A stretch of DNA of 64,000 nucleotides, taken from Cetorhinus maximus (taxonomy: Eukaryota). Position 1 is the first letter of the stretch. Every line of letters begins with the position of its first letter. A program made the position numbers and the translations under genes. The stretch spans positions 25,296,001 through 25,360,000 of the forward strand of contig NC_135892.1 in assembly GCF_964194155.1 (NCBI RefSeq), given 5' to 3'. Below are positions 38,401 to 50,808 of this stretch, piece after piece. The notes under the pieces are model-generated. The model made no database searches and had not been told where the DNA came from. It worked only from the letters and a program-made list of their open reading frames with translations.

Positions 38401-41400
38401 TGAAGCAACACGATAATCTCTTGCATAAATCAACTGTTTTAAGTCCCAAAACTGATCCAACCTGTTTGTGCCTCAAAACCTGCTTCTGTTCTACAAAAGT
38501 AGTCCACTGCTTCTCAGCAAGGTTCCCCAATTCCCAAGCAGGCCAGCATCAGATGAAGTCATCTCGCTCCCCACACTCCTCCTACAAATAAAGGATGCTG
38601 GAATCAACTGTACATACAACAATAAACATCTCTCTTCACACCACTCCTTCATTAAGGCTGTGGTCTTGTTTCCATATTTTCTGTTGCTCAATCCCTTTTG
38701 GTTCTCCCAATAGAAATTTCTGACTGACCATTTCTAATTTGCACAATGCAGGTAAATGTACTGAATGTGTTCAGTTACTTAATGAACATCTACCTCAATT
38801 CAGTAATCAAAGAAGTTGAACATTTGTTACACACAGGAGAGGGGGGGTTCATTTAAACAGCACTAATTTCTCCTCCTCTTACCCATCTGTAAACAGAGGG
38901 GCTTTGATTTGTTTCTGCCTTTTATAAGCAGTGGTGCATTCCCCAGCCCCTCTGTTTTGGTGCGATCCAATTTTCTATTAATAACACCATAGCAAGCTTG
39001 AAAGGATGAACTCAAAAGGGTTTGTTTATTTGCACGCTCTCAAAATGCAAAAGAGGGTTCACAACAGCCCTTCATGTTTGGATAGAAGAGATTTACAGTA
39101 CAGAGACCACAGAGGAAAGAAATATTGTTTCACATGGGTTCCAGATTCCAATGAGGCATTCTTTCATGGAGGTCAGCAGGTTGAAAACTGATGCTGTATA
39201 ATTCACTTTTCCGGCGGTGTTGACCTCACACAATGAGAGGCACGTGGAGATGAATCAGTCTTGTAGGTGATGGTACAGTTCCAGCAGAAGCAGTGTAGAT
39301 GGGGCTAGGTGTTCAACCTGGGCAAAGCTCCTTTTCTGTGAGGCTGCCAGTCAGATGATAAACTGCAGACTGAGCTATGTAGTTCAGCAAGACAATATTT
39401 CTTGTCCTACAAGCCAGAGGCCCATGTCACAGACTTTACCTCTCCATGATGTCTTCAACAAATCATGTTTATCCAGTGTGTAGAAACTGGCTTTGTGTTC
39501 AAGGCTGAGAACAACATATCAGCCATTATGGGCTAAAAGGAATGTTTGAGAGGCCATTGTCCTAGTAGGTGTTCTGTCTCTGTTGCCCAGCCTGAGTTAT
39601 CAGATACAAATGGGCCTTCATGTGACTCCCTTTGAAGCTGGGTAGTGTGGTCTGCTGGTGATCGTCAGTAGCTCCTCCGATAACAGTTGAGTTTTCCTGA
39701 AACTGCAACATGGCTTTTTTTGTTCAGGGGTCACAGATGGACACAGTTTCAGCCATTTTACAAGTCTTTCAGTTTTAAAAAAATTTTAGGAATAGCTGAA
39801 CATATCTATATATTTTATAAAAAATATAGTGAGGTCTTTGTCCCCTCACACATTCAAAGATCAAAACTCTGCTTTTGGTCATGCTGCCTCACCAAATACA
39901 CTCATAGGTTAAAGGTCAGATGCAGACACTGAATGAGTATTGAGATCATATGCCCAGGGATGGTATCCATTACTCTTTAATTTATTATTCTGAAATGCAA
40001 TACTCCATGTCCTAATTCGCCAAATGTGGCTAATGCATTGGACAGTACTACATTTCAAGGAGAAAAACAATAATATTTGCAGTCTAGATCTCTCTTCCTC
40101 TTTCTCCTTCTTCCTCTTTCTCTCTCTACCCCTCACTCTGTAGAGTAGTTATATCAAGTAGAATATTAAGCTCTGGAAAATAAATTGTTCATTTTCAATT
40201 GTTTTGGAAAGCTGATGACTTACAGGCAGCATGGGTACATTGATTCCATTGCTGCTTAGCATGTCCTGGTCCAGCCTTTAGTGTTAATGTCTTTGATTTG
40301 AATTGACACCTTGAATTTAATGACCAATAAAACTCTGCTTGGCATCAAGATCACTGGCCCACTCAGCAGTGGGCCCTTGAAGCCTCCTGTTCACATAAGA
40401 TGCTTATAATCTCCTGTGGCAGAGACCCAGTGCTACTGTTGTGCACGAAACTCATTATGGCACAATTAAGTATTCTCTGCATAATGCAGTGGGAGTACCT
40501 TAGCAAAACCTTGGGAGAGGCCTCCCTAAGTTTTAGATTGGCAGTATTGTGAGGAGTGGCTCACGGAGATGCAACATCCCTTTTATGGCTGTTGGAGACA
40601 GGATTTCCTGTCTCTATCACAACATCAGGCGTTTCTCATGGAGTCATGAGAAACATTTACAGGGACCTTCATTTGCTGCTGATGCTCAATTTTCCTGGTT
40701 TCTGCCACATCACATGCCAAGTGACTGGAGAGCCGCACAAATATTAAATGGGGCTAAACTTGCATTATGTTGAGGAGCAACACTCCTGGGTGCATTGATT
40801 GGGATATCATCTCCCCCAGAATTCATGCTGTAAATCTTCCACATGAGAAGGAACAACAATATAAAAACAAATAATGTTGCTGGACTAGAAAAGGCAAATT
40901 TAATAGAAATGAAGTGATCCGGCACAAATTCTCCTTGGGCATTCCCTTGGGATTAAGGATGACACTTCACTCTGGTTCAAGGGGTTCTGAAATGGCAGAT
41001 TATTGGCGATTGACAGATTCTGCCAATTGGTGGGCAGCTGGTGCTAGAAGGATTGATCGGCGGTTTGTGCACTCGCTGCGACACCTCTGCACGTTGCTGA
41101 CAAAGTCTGTTCAATGCCTTCCCGAATGAGCCTTCTCCATTTTGGTCGGTCACAAGCCAGGGTCTCCCATGAGTCAGTGGAAATGTTTGACCTCTTCATG
41201 GTTACGTTTACAGCATCCCCGAAGTGTTTCCGCTGACTTACTGGGGGCTTCCTGTCATGACCAAGTTCAGAGAACAGTTGCTTCAGGAGTCTGGAATGAC
41301 TGATTTGTCCCTGCCAGTGGACCTTTTTTGAGTAATTAGATCCTCTAATGCTGGCTTGTTGCATAAAGCATGTTGGCTTGGGAGAGGACTCTGCTGTTAG

Positions 41401-44400
41401 ACTGCCATTCCTGCTATAAGATTTGGAGGATCATGCTGGTGCCACTTTGAGGTTGTCCAAGTCTCCCAAGCATATGAGTGAGGGGATCACTGCTGCTCAG
41501 TAAACCATGATCTTAGTCTCGGGTTTGAGTTCCTGGTCTTTAAATGCTCTTTTCCTCAGTCTTAGGGGGGAAGGAAAAAGCTGAGTTTGCATACTGGAGG
41601 CAGTGATGAATTTCATCATCTGTGTGCCTTCGTTGAGAGGTGGCTCTTGATGCATTTAATGCTCCATATTTTCCAAGATCTCTTAAATCGATTGGGGGCA
41701 GGTGTTTTGCTGTGGGAGCTGGTTGGAAGAGGACCATAATTTTCTGAATGCTTAATAAAAGGCCTATTTTCACATGCTTCGGAGGAGCTGACAATGTCCT
41801 GGAGCTTGATTTCTGAGTGAGTGTGCACACAAGCTTCATCTGCATACTGAAGCTCAATGACTCTGGTTGGAGGGATTTTGGTTTTGGGTTAAAGGTGCAG
41901 GTTGAACAGTTTCCCATCTGGTTCTGTGGATTATCTCCATGCCTGTGGTTATTTGCTGGAGGTGAGGCGCTATATTGCAGTGAGGAAGTTGGAGGAGAGT
42001 TGGTGCAATAAAAAATCCATGTTTGACCCAGTTTTCACTGATATGGTCTGTGGTGGTTCTGTTGGTGAGGATCACCGCTTGCATGTTACTGTGAAGTAGG
42101 TGGAGGATGATGACAAATTTGAGGAGGATATTTTGTAAGCCTTTGCAGTTGACAGTCAGGCTTTTGTGAGGTTGAAGGTTGGTGATGTTCCTTGCACTTT
42201 TCCTGAATTTACTGTGCAGTGAAGATCATGTCTGTGGTGCCTGACTCTCAGGTCAGAAACCACATTGACTCTGGAAGGAGTTTTTCAACCACTTAGAGGA
42301 GGCAGTTGAGGAGGGTCCTTGCAATCTTCCCTGTGGCAGAAAGCAGAGAGACTCCCCTGTAGTTACCACAATCCGACTTGCCTCCCTTCTTGAATATAGT
42401 CACGATCACAATATCCTTCAATACCCTGGTAATAACTTCTCATCCCGGAAGAGGTGGTACACTCCTGGCAATGGCTGCATCTCCACCATGTTTCAAAACT
42501 TTGGCAGGAATTCCATCTTCTTCAGAGGCTTTTTCAGTTGCTGAGGGGCTTTTTCACTCCAGGGTGGGGTAGTGCTGAGACTGAGCAGGATGGGGTGTTA
42601 AGGAATGGAGTTGAGGACGTTCGAGTCAAAGACAGTCTCTGAGGAGTTCTTGAAAGTATTCTTCAGTGACTACTGACTACTTCCCTGTCTTTCTAATGAG
42701 CTTCTCTTCGTGCTTGGCTCTCAGCAGCTTGGGCCCTTGAGTGCTTGGGTCATTGTCTTGACAGCGCTGAAGAAATTGTGCATGTTAGCGTCTGCAAGTT
42801 GTTGGATCTCCCATGCTCTTTCAACCCACCATTTTGTTCTTTGCAGCTTTTAAGCTCTACAACTGCCTTCAGATTCCTGTAGGATTGCTGCTTTTTTCTT
42901 GAGATGTTGTAAAGTTTCCAGTCAAAGCTTTGTGTTTGTGCTTGATTAGGCCCAGTATCTGTGTTCGTCAAAGCAGTCACAATATTTTCTGGAAGAGAAA
43001 GACCAGGGACTTTTTCAGGTGCTTGCTATGATGAACTATAGGCTTGACCAGGCACTATGACACATTGTGGCTCCTGGTGGCTTGAGGTTGAAAGGTTAGC
43101 AGTGAGGCACTGCCTGAGAAGGGTAGGATCTTGAGGCTTTTGTTAATTTTCTTGTATTGCTTCTGTTGCTTTGGGGGGCAGGCTGATTGGGGTGGTAGAT
43201 CAGATAAGACTGTGATCAGTCTAGCAGTTGTCAGCACCTGTCATGCCCAAATAAAACCAAACCCATTGTAATGGATATCGGATGAAGTTCCATCTAGTGG
43301 TTAAATGTACTGTTACAGGTGTGATGTCAGAATGGTTATCACTAAGGCTACATTTGCAGCCAACACTGTACATGCACAGTTGTACTGTTTTACTCTGACG
43401 TCACCGATGGTGGAGATCAGAATTCATATCAATTATACCTTCAGTTCCTTAGATACGCATGGGCCTAAGATTTTTATTTGTAATGAAAAATAAATGAATG
43501 TAAAATAAATGAATGTAATGCATTTAAATTTAAACGATAGTGGTCATCTATCTGAAAGCAGCAAATCTCTAATCTCCTAATTTTTCTAAACATTAAAGCA
43601 TCAATGTTATATTGAATATAAAATCCCCAGATTCCATATGTGTTGGCTTAACAGGGTGAACAGCCAGAGGTCGTGGTCCATATTGGTACCAATGACGTGG
43701 GTAAAAAGAGGGATGAGGTCCTGAAAGCAAAGTATAGGAAGCTAGGAAATAAATTTAAAAGCAAGACCTCCAAAGTAGTAATCTTAGGATTACTCCCAGT
43801 GCCATGTGCTAGCAATCAGGAATAGGAGAATGGACTAGATGAATGCATGGCTGGAGAGATGGTTTAGGAGGGAGGGATTTAGATTACTGAGGCATTGGGA
43901 CTGATTCTGGGGAAGATGGAACCTGTACAAGCTGGATGGCTTGCACTGCAGCAGGACTGGAACTAGTCTCCTCACGGGTATTCGCTAGTACTGTGGGGGA
44001 GGGTTTAAACAAGTGGCAGGGGATGGAACCCGAGCTGGAAGACAGTGGAAATAAAGATAGGAATGGAAAAACAAAGGTGGCAAAAGTGGAAGGCAGAGGA
44101 AACCAAGGCTGGCAACAAATAGGGCCATAGTACAAAGGCACTGTATCTGAATGCACAGCATTCACAATAAGGTAGACAAATTAACAGTGCAAATAGATGT
44201 AAATGGGTACGATATGATTGTGCGATTAGAGACATGGCAGTAGGGTGGCCAAGGCTGGGAACTGAATATCCAAGAGTATTCTATTAAGAAGGACAGGCAA
44301 AGAGAAAAGGAGGTAGGGTGGTGATGTTAAGTATGAAATCAGTGCAATAGTGAGAGAGGATACTGGATCAAAATCTAGATGTAGTCCATGATTTTACAGC

Positions 44401-47400
44401 CCCACCGCAGTGTCATTTAAATCTCCATTCAGTTCAGTGGGATCGTAAATCCTGTTGGGCAGGAGAGGCTATACAATCTTGGCCGTAGAATCAGTCTGGG
44501 TGGAGCAATAAGCAACAAAGGGCAGAAAGCATTAGTGGGAGTTGTCTATAGACCTCCAAACAGCAGTGGTAAGGTGGGGGATGACATTAAACAGGAAATT
44601 AGAGATGCATGTAGCAAGGGTGCTACAATAATTATGGGTGACTTTAATCTACAAAGACTGGGCAAACCAAATTAGCAATAATACTGTGGTGGATGAATTC
44701 CTGGAGTGTGTACGAGATGGTTCCTCGACGTACCGGTCTACAAAACCAACTATGGATCAGGCTATCCTAGAATTGGTATTGTGCAATGAGAAGGGATTAA
44801 TTAATCTTGTTGTGCAGGGTTCTTTTAGGGAAGAGTGACCATATTCTGATAGAATTCTCCATTAGGATGGAAAGTGAAGTCGTCCGATCCAAAACTAGGG
44901 TCCTCGATCCAAACAAAGGAAACTGCAAAGGCATGTGGCGTGAGTGAAGTTCGATTGAGGAACTTCATTAAAAGGTGGATGGATAATGGCTAATATTTCA
45001 GGAACGAATGTATGCATTTGCAACCGTTATACATTTCTTCTGGCACAAAAACATAACAGGAAAAGCAATCTAACCATGGCTAACAAAAGAAATTTAAGGA
45101 AAATAGATCTAGAGGGGAGTCATGTAAAGTTTGCTACTTTTTCTAGCAACAGAGTATTAGCAGTTTAGAATTCAGTAAAGGAGGACCAAGAGATCGATTT
45201 AAGAGGGGAAAAACAGAGTATGAGAGTATACTTGCAAGGAATGTAAAAGCTACTATAAATATGTAAAAAAGATTAATGAAGACAAATGTAGGTCCCTTAC
45301 AAAATGAAACAGGAGAATTTATAATAGAAAACAAGGAAATGGCAGAGCATTTAAACAAGTACTTTAGTTCTGTCTTCATGGAGGAAAAAATAAATAACTT
45401 CCAAGAAACGCTAGGGAACCAAGGATCTAGTGAGAAGGAGGAATTGAAGGAAATTAGTTTTTTTATAAAGTGCTGGAGAAATTAATGAGACTAAAATCCC
45501 CAGGGCCTGAATCTACAATGGAGGGTACTAAAGGAGGTGGCCATGGAAATAGTGGATGTGTTGGTTGTCATCTTCTTCCCAAATTCTGGAACAGTCCCAG
45601 CAGATTGGAGGGTGGCAAATGTAACCCCCACTATTTCTTAAAAAGGAGGGAGAAAATGGATTTAGATCAGTTAGCCTAACCTTAGTAATAGGGAAAATGC
45701 TAGAGTCTATTACAAAGGATGTGATAACAAGACACTTGGAAAACATCAATGGGATTAGACAAAGTAAACATGGATTTATGAAAGGGAAATCATGTTTGAC
45801 AAACCGACTGGAGTTTTTGAGGACATCACCAGCAGAGTAGATAAGGGAGACTGGAATGGGTGGACAAGGGGCAGTTGGAATTCCATGCAGGAACTGTGAA
45901 GCCATTCATTTTGATGGGAAGAATTCAGAGACAAAATAAAAAGGGCACAATTCTAAAGGGGGTGCAGGAGCAGAGGGACCTGGGTTTATAATCTGTACAA
46001 GTAATTTTAAGGTGGCAGGACAGGTTGAGTGTGGTTAATAAAGCATACAACTTCCTCTGTACTCTTATGACCCCAAGTCTAGGATGCTATGTTAAATCTG
46101 TATAGAATACTGGTTTGACCTCCTGGTATTGTGTCCAGTTTTGTTTTTGTTCATGGGATGTGGCGTTGCTGGCTAGGTTAGCATTAATTGCCCTTGAGAA
46201 GGTGGTGGTGAGCTGCCTTGAACTGCTGCAGTCCATGTGGTGTAGGTACACCCACAGTGCTGTTGGGAAAGGAGTTACAGGATTTTGACCTAGTAACAGT
46301 GAAGGAACAGCGATATATTTCCAAGTCCAGATGGTGTATGGCTTGGAGGGGAACTTCCAGGTGGTGGAGTTCCCATGTGTCTACTGCCCTTGTCCTTCTA
46401 GATGGTAGCAGTCATGGGTTTGGAAGGTGCTGTATAAGGAGGCTTGGTGATTGCAGTACATCTTGTAGATGGCACACACTGCCACCACTGTGTCAGCGGT
46501 GGAGGGAGTGAATGTTTGGGAATGGTGGATGGAGTGCCAATCAAGCAGGCTGCTTTGTCCTGGATGGTGTCAAGCTTTGAGTGTTGTTGGAGCTCCACTC
46601 ATCAGGCGAGTGGAGAGTGTTCCATCACACTCCTGACTTGTGCCTTGTAGATGGTGGATAGGCTTTAGGGAGTCAGGAGGTGAGTTACTCATCATAGGTT
46701 TCCTAGCCTCTGACCTGCTTTTATAGCCACAGTATTTATATGGCTAGTCCAGTTCAGTTTCTGGTCAGTGGTAACCCTCAGGATGTTGAGTTCTAGCTAC
46801 CACTCTTTACAAAAGATGTGAAGGCATTGGAGAGAGTGGTTCCAGGGATGAGGAACTTCAGTTACACAGACACATTGGAGAAGCTGGGACTCTTTTTTTT
46901 CTCTCTTGGAGAAGAGAAGGTTGGAGGGAGGTTTAATAGAGGTATTCAAAATCATGAGGGATCTGGGCAGAGTAGATAGTTGGGGGATGGGGAAAGCCCT
47001 TCCCATCAGTGGAAGGCTCAAGAACAAGAGGGCACAGATTAAGGTAATTGGTAAAAGAAGCAATGATGACATGAGAAACCTTATCATGCAGCAAGTGATT
47101 TAAGATCTGGAGCGCACTGCCTGAGTGGCGGAGGCAGGTTTCATCAAATCATTCAAGAGGGAATTGATGGTGAACTAAAACCAGCAAGCCTTCTGAGGCC
47201 ATGCTTGTTGAGAAAGCATAGATGTTCCACAAAGTGGTCGCCCAGTCTGCGTTTGCTCTCCCCAATAAAGAGGAGACTGCTTTGAGTGGTCAATGTAATA
47301 TACTGCATTCAAAGACATGCAATTAAATCACTGCTTCACCTGGAAGGAGTGTTTAGGGCTGTGGGTGGTGAGGAAAGGGAAAGTAAAAGAGTGGGAGTTG

Positions 47401-50302
47401 CACCTCTTGCAATTGCATGAAGGGGATGATGTTGGGGTGAATGAAGAGTGAACTAGGTGTTGCAGAGGAAACAGTCCCTTGGGTGTCTGCTTTGCAGAAC
47501 GCCTCCACTCAGTCTTGTCATGTGCTGGTCTGAATCTGGTTTCTGTTCATTATTCTGCCATACACATGCACTCCCCAGTCAAATATATTATTTCTTTAAT
47601 ACAACCAGTACCACTCTCTTTATTTGTGTTCAATGACATCATTGCCATTTAATCTCTCCCTCTGCCCTATCCCAGACCACTTTTTTTGTTGTTCCTTGCC
47701 CGCCAGCCCAGCCAGTTGACTTATCAACCATCACATTTCTATCCTTCCTTCCTATCTGACTCGGTGTTAACTTTGTTTCTCCACAGATGCTGCCAGACCT
47801 GTGGAGTATTTCCAGCACTCTGGTTTTTGAAACTAATAACTTTGTGATTTTAACAGTCTATAAAATCCTTGGCTTTTTCCCCCACTGGAACCTGGTTAAA
47901 CTTTAAAAGTCACGTTTTCTCAAAGTCAATATTTTGACTTTTCTAGGTGTCCAGAAAAGGCACCACTGAAACAGAAGATGCAGTTTACAACAACAGTTAA
48001 TTCACTGAAGAACAAACTTAAAGGTTAGTTAAATTATTATTTTGCATAATATACTTCTGTGGAAACTGAACTAGGCACCCACTTGAATTCTGTAACTAGA
48101 AATCTCAATTGAATTGAAGTATTGCATTTCTATTCTGCCTTTCACTATTTCAAGATGCCTTAAGCTTTTCCAAAACCTATTTCAGCTATGAAATGTGGTT
48201 ACTGTTGTAATCTTGAACCATGCTGGCAAACTTTGAAAGCTACCAATGAGAAAATAGTTTGACTTTTTTTTTTCTACTATGAAATTGAACACTGGGGAAG
48301 GGAGATTTTTTTTTTGTCTCCATGCATGACTTGGGGATAGTCTGTAGTTTATTTTTCCTCAGATAACAGTGGATTATTTTTGGTCTTTGCAGAGAGGGAG
48401 TGCTGACTTAAATATTGACTCCAGTCAGGGAGTGGTATCTGGGTTGTGGGAGAATTCGGGAACTACAAATCTGACCATGGAGGTCTGGGAAATAAAGCCA
48501 CAAAATGGTTGACTCTACCTGCTTGCATTGGTCAATGTCCCCTGAATCCTAGTGGCAGTCATTGAACCATGAAAATGTAGCTCAAATTGTACCATTTATT
48601 TTTTTTAAAAAAGGATGTTGGTTTCAGCAGTATAAACTGGGATTCCCTGAATCCAGATTAGCTGAATACGAAAGAGTGAGAGAAGATCATAGGCCTGTCT
48701 CTCCTAGACATGGCACATCTCCTTTTACACTGCTGATTCATTCCATAATCATGTGACCTCCTGGATGAGGCTTGGAACAGCAAAATAGGAGAGAATCTTC
48801 GGCTCGGCAAGCAGGGGTGCGGCCCACTCACAGGCGTAAAATTACGCAGGGTGACGTTGGGCGTGCATCCCCATATCACCGCACGTCGTTTAGATTTTCA
48901 GTTCGGCCAAACTGTCAAAAGCTTATTAAGGCCATTTGACTAACAATTAAAATAATGAATAGAGCTGCCTGTTCAACCTTAAGGCTGACTTGGGGAACCC
49001 ACCCCCTTCCTTCCTGCACAGGGAGTGCACAGCGCTTCCGGAGAAATGGTAGCGTGGACCCAATTAGGGGCACCGATTGGGTCCGCCCCTGCACAATGGG
49101 GGGGAAAATTCTACCCATAGGGTATGAATCAGCAGCGTAAAAGGAGATGTGCCATGTCTAGGAGAGACAGGCCTATGATCTTCTCTCACTCTTTCGTATT
49201 CAGCTAATCTGGATTCAGGGAATCCCAGTTTATACTGCTGAAACCAACATCCTTTTTTAAAAAAAATAAATTAAATGGTACAATTTGAGCTCCAATCGGG
49301 GCGTGCTGACATTTTGTGGGTGTGTGAAATAGCACACTCATCTCCCTGAGGCTAAGTGCTGCCAAATTTAAAAATGGTGCAATTTCCCTGACATCCTCAT
49401 GTGACACTGTCTCATGAGTTGGGACATGTCAATCACTTTAATCAAACCTTTATTAAATTTTTAAAATACCTCATCCCGCCCGTGGATGAGTTTTCATGCT
49501 TTTTTTCCTGAAGCCTGCCAGGGCTCCCAGCCCAGGTCTATTAATTATTTCAATTAGTTTTTAAACGGCCTCAACAGGCCATTGACAGGTCGGTGGGCGC
49601 ACAGCTGATTCTGCTGAGCTCCCGCCAACCTGAAAATTGAAATGACGTGGAGAGTTCTGCCCAACGTCATCCTGCATCATTTTACACATCGGGGAGTGGG
49701 CTCCGCTCCTGGCCATAAACTTGTTTTATAAATTCCGGGGGAAAAAACCCTCCATCTCCTCCTCTATCCATTGAAACTACAGGCCTTAAATCCTCCAGCT
49801 GCAACAGCCAGAAGCTTGCTCTTTAAAATTGGAAATGTCCTTTTCGGTCATTGCTGCACTCTCATTTTAAAGGATGATGGATTTACTATACTCACCAAAG
49901 TATATTCCAGAGGACAACAACTTCTATGAAAATAAAGATTTCTTGGCATCTAGCTTGTTTGCCAGTGAATTTGGTATACATGATCTTGCTATCCATGGTT
50001 ATCTCCTGAGTAGATTAAGTGCAATCACTTCATCACTCTCTTGCCATGTATTTCTGCTTTTCTTTCCAAATGCATAACAGGTGGGGTTGAGGGGTTGGGG
50101 GTTAATTCCCTGAAGTTGCAGGGCATTTTCTTCCTACTGACTGAGCATTATGGTTCACTATGTAAAACCTTGCCTTTTTTTTTCTCCCCCAACAGGTATC
50201 AAGGCCAACTTTCAGCTCAATTGCTTGGATGATATAAGCCGCAGTGAGCTTGCTGAAAAGCTGGGGGATGATGTCGTGAAAGTAGAAGGAGTAGCGGTGT
50301 GA
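32457..50302 (+). CDS. ADF/cofilin-family (cofilin/destrin-like) actin-depolymerising protein, 4 coding exons, 158 aa: join(32457..32459,38051..38340,47947..48023,50196..50302)
   Basis: Spliced product MQSGIKIHDSVIEAFNEMKLLSPKSNKRRRKFLRLCMSDDNQYIIVDDKSDSVQETNEDDYLNLLNHLQPNVACVLIYDVSYETKNSLTKEDLVFIQWCPEKAPLKQKMQFTTTVNSLKNKLKGIKANFQLNCLDDISRSELAEKLGDDVVKVEGVAV. All introns are GT-AG with phases 0/2/1 and a 77-nt exon 3, as in vertebrate CFL1/CFL2/DSTN. 477 nt, no internal stops. Confidence 0.93.
34905..36870 (+). mobile_element. Penelope-like element fragments (GIY-YIG endonuclease + terminal repeats), with a SINE tail at ~36415-36595
   Basis: CSQCSLLYIRETKRRLDD (34944-34997) is a GIY-YIG motif; a similar stretch lies at ~36175; hammerhead-like ends at 35211 and 36801. 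Confidence 0.8.
36801..36838 (+). ncRNA. Minimal type I hammerhead ribozyme motif (Penelope-associated, probably decayed)
   Basis: AGTT-CTGATGA-A-AGGTCA-T-TGATCT-GAAAC-ATT-AACT: intact CUGAUGA and GAAA, stems I and II pair. The family GAAACGTT has become GAAACATT. Confidence 0.6.
38051..38340 (+). CDS. Cofilin-like gene exon 2
   Basis: TTCTCTTGCAG|CAATCTGGT...CAGTG|GTATGT; encodes QSGIKIHDSVIEAFNEMK...YDVSYETK...KEDLVFIQW. Confidence 0.95.
40925..43330 (-). mobile_element. Decayed RTE-clade LINE in intron 2
   Basis: WETLACDRPKWRRLIREG (41044..41364); IELQYADEAC (YADD motif) at ~41830-41860. Confidence 0.8.
43640..47170 (+). mobile_element. Decayed CR1 (ORF1 end + ORF2 pieces) with a nested MITE and a second-family LINE (46141-46790, -)
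   Basis: VVVHIGTND and LLPVP ORF1 motifs; GVVYRPPN; HGFMKGKSCLTN; ORF 46906..47103 is the C-terminus. Confidence 0.85.
44384..44484. mobile_element. 101-bp Tourist/Harbinger-type MITE
   Basis: TIRs GTCCATGATTTTACAGCC / GGCTATACAATCTTGGCC; 3-bp TSD GTA; removing it restores CR1 GATGTAGAATCAG. Confidence 0.8.
47170..47830. mobile_element. Penelope fragments (GIY-YIG part on -, terminal repeat on +)
   Basis: Reverse complement reads LLFIGESKRRLGDHFVEHL; tail GATGCTGCCAGACCTGTGGAGTATTTCCAGCA. Confidence 0.75.
47947..48023 (+). CDS. Cofilin-like gene exon 3 (77 nt)
   Basis: CTTTTCTAG|GTGTCCA...CTTAAAG|GTTAGT; (W)CPEKAPLKQKMQFTTTVNSLKNKLK(G) aligns to [27 protein letters not shown]. Confidence 0.93.
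48579..49291. repeat. Near-perfect inverted duplication: arms 48579-48741 and 49124-49291
   Basis: Arms differ by one substitution and one 5-nt (ATTTA) indel. Confidence 0.97.
48788..49116 (+). mobile_element. Harbinger-type MITE (internally deleted relative of 12755-13376)
   Basis: TIRs GGAGAGAATCTTC / GAAAATTCTACCC; 3-bp TSD ATA. Confidence 0.8.
49292..49740 (-). mobile_element. Truncated copy of the same MITE family, opposite orientation
   Basis: Reverse-complement similarity to 12755-13160 (CATGTGACACTGTCTCATGAG, AACAGGCCATTGACAG, CTGAAAATTGAAATGACGTG). Confidence 0.7.
50196..50302 (+). CDS. Cofilin-like gene exon 4 (to stop TGA)
   Basis: TTTTTTTTTCTCCCCCAACAG|GTATC; GIKANFQLNCLDDISRSELAEKLGDDVVKVEGVAV* aligns to [37 protein letters not shown]. 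Confidence 0.93.
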
Positions 50303-50802
50303 TGCTGTCGAGTGCCACCTATCTGAAAATGTCCTTGTTATAGTTGGACACTCTGTCCTGATTATGTACTTTATGTAGTTAATGTATTCCAAGGCTGCTT
50401 CAATCTGTTTCCAGCTCTGTTCTATTCCAGATGGTTCCCCCTGAAAGTCCAATTGTTAATATTGAGTAAAAATGAAATTTCCTCCCTGGAAAGTGATCGT
50501 CCATCATGTATGTACCTTTTTTTCAACTAGAATTTGTTTCTTTTAACATGCAACATTGCATGGTATTGGTGACTTCCAGTTTTTGGGAAGTACCTGCCAA
50601 CTTAGAGGCTTAGTGCCTTGTTTGAGACTCTTGAGCCATTGCAAATTTTAAGAACTGTTGAAACTTGAGCTTTTTTTTTTGCTGAATGAGAAGAGCTGAG
50701 CTGTATTAGAGTTCACTTGCAGTGCTTGTACAAGTGAGGGCTCATTTTTACTAGCTATTGACACTTTGTCCTCTGACTGTGTACAATCATAGTTCCACCT
50801 TT

Positions 50803-50808
50803 ATTAAA
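50803..50808 (+). terminator. Candidate proximal polyadenylation signal ATTAAA
   Basis: About 500 nt after the stop, preceded by TGTA and followed by a T/GT-rich tract. Confidence 0.5.

Noticed and set aside
48623-48730. H/ACA snoRNA (hairpin, ATACGA H-box, ACA)
   Set aside because: The second hairpin is short and weak and the total length is below typical; such motifs are too short to be significant without a covariance search.
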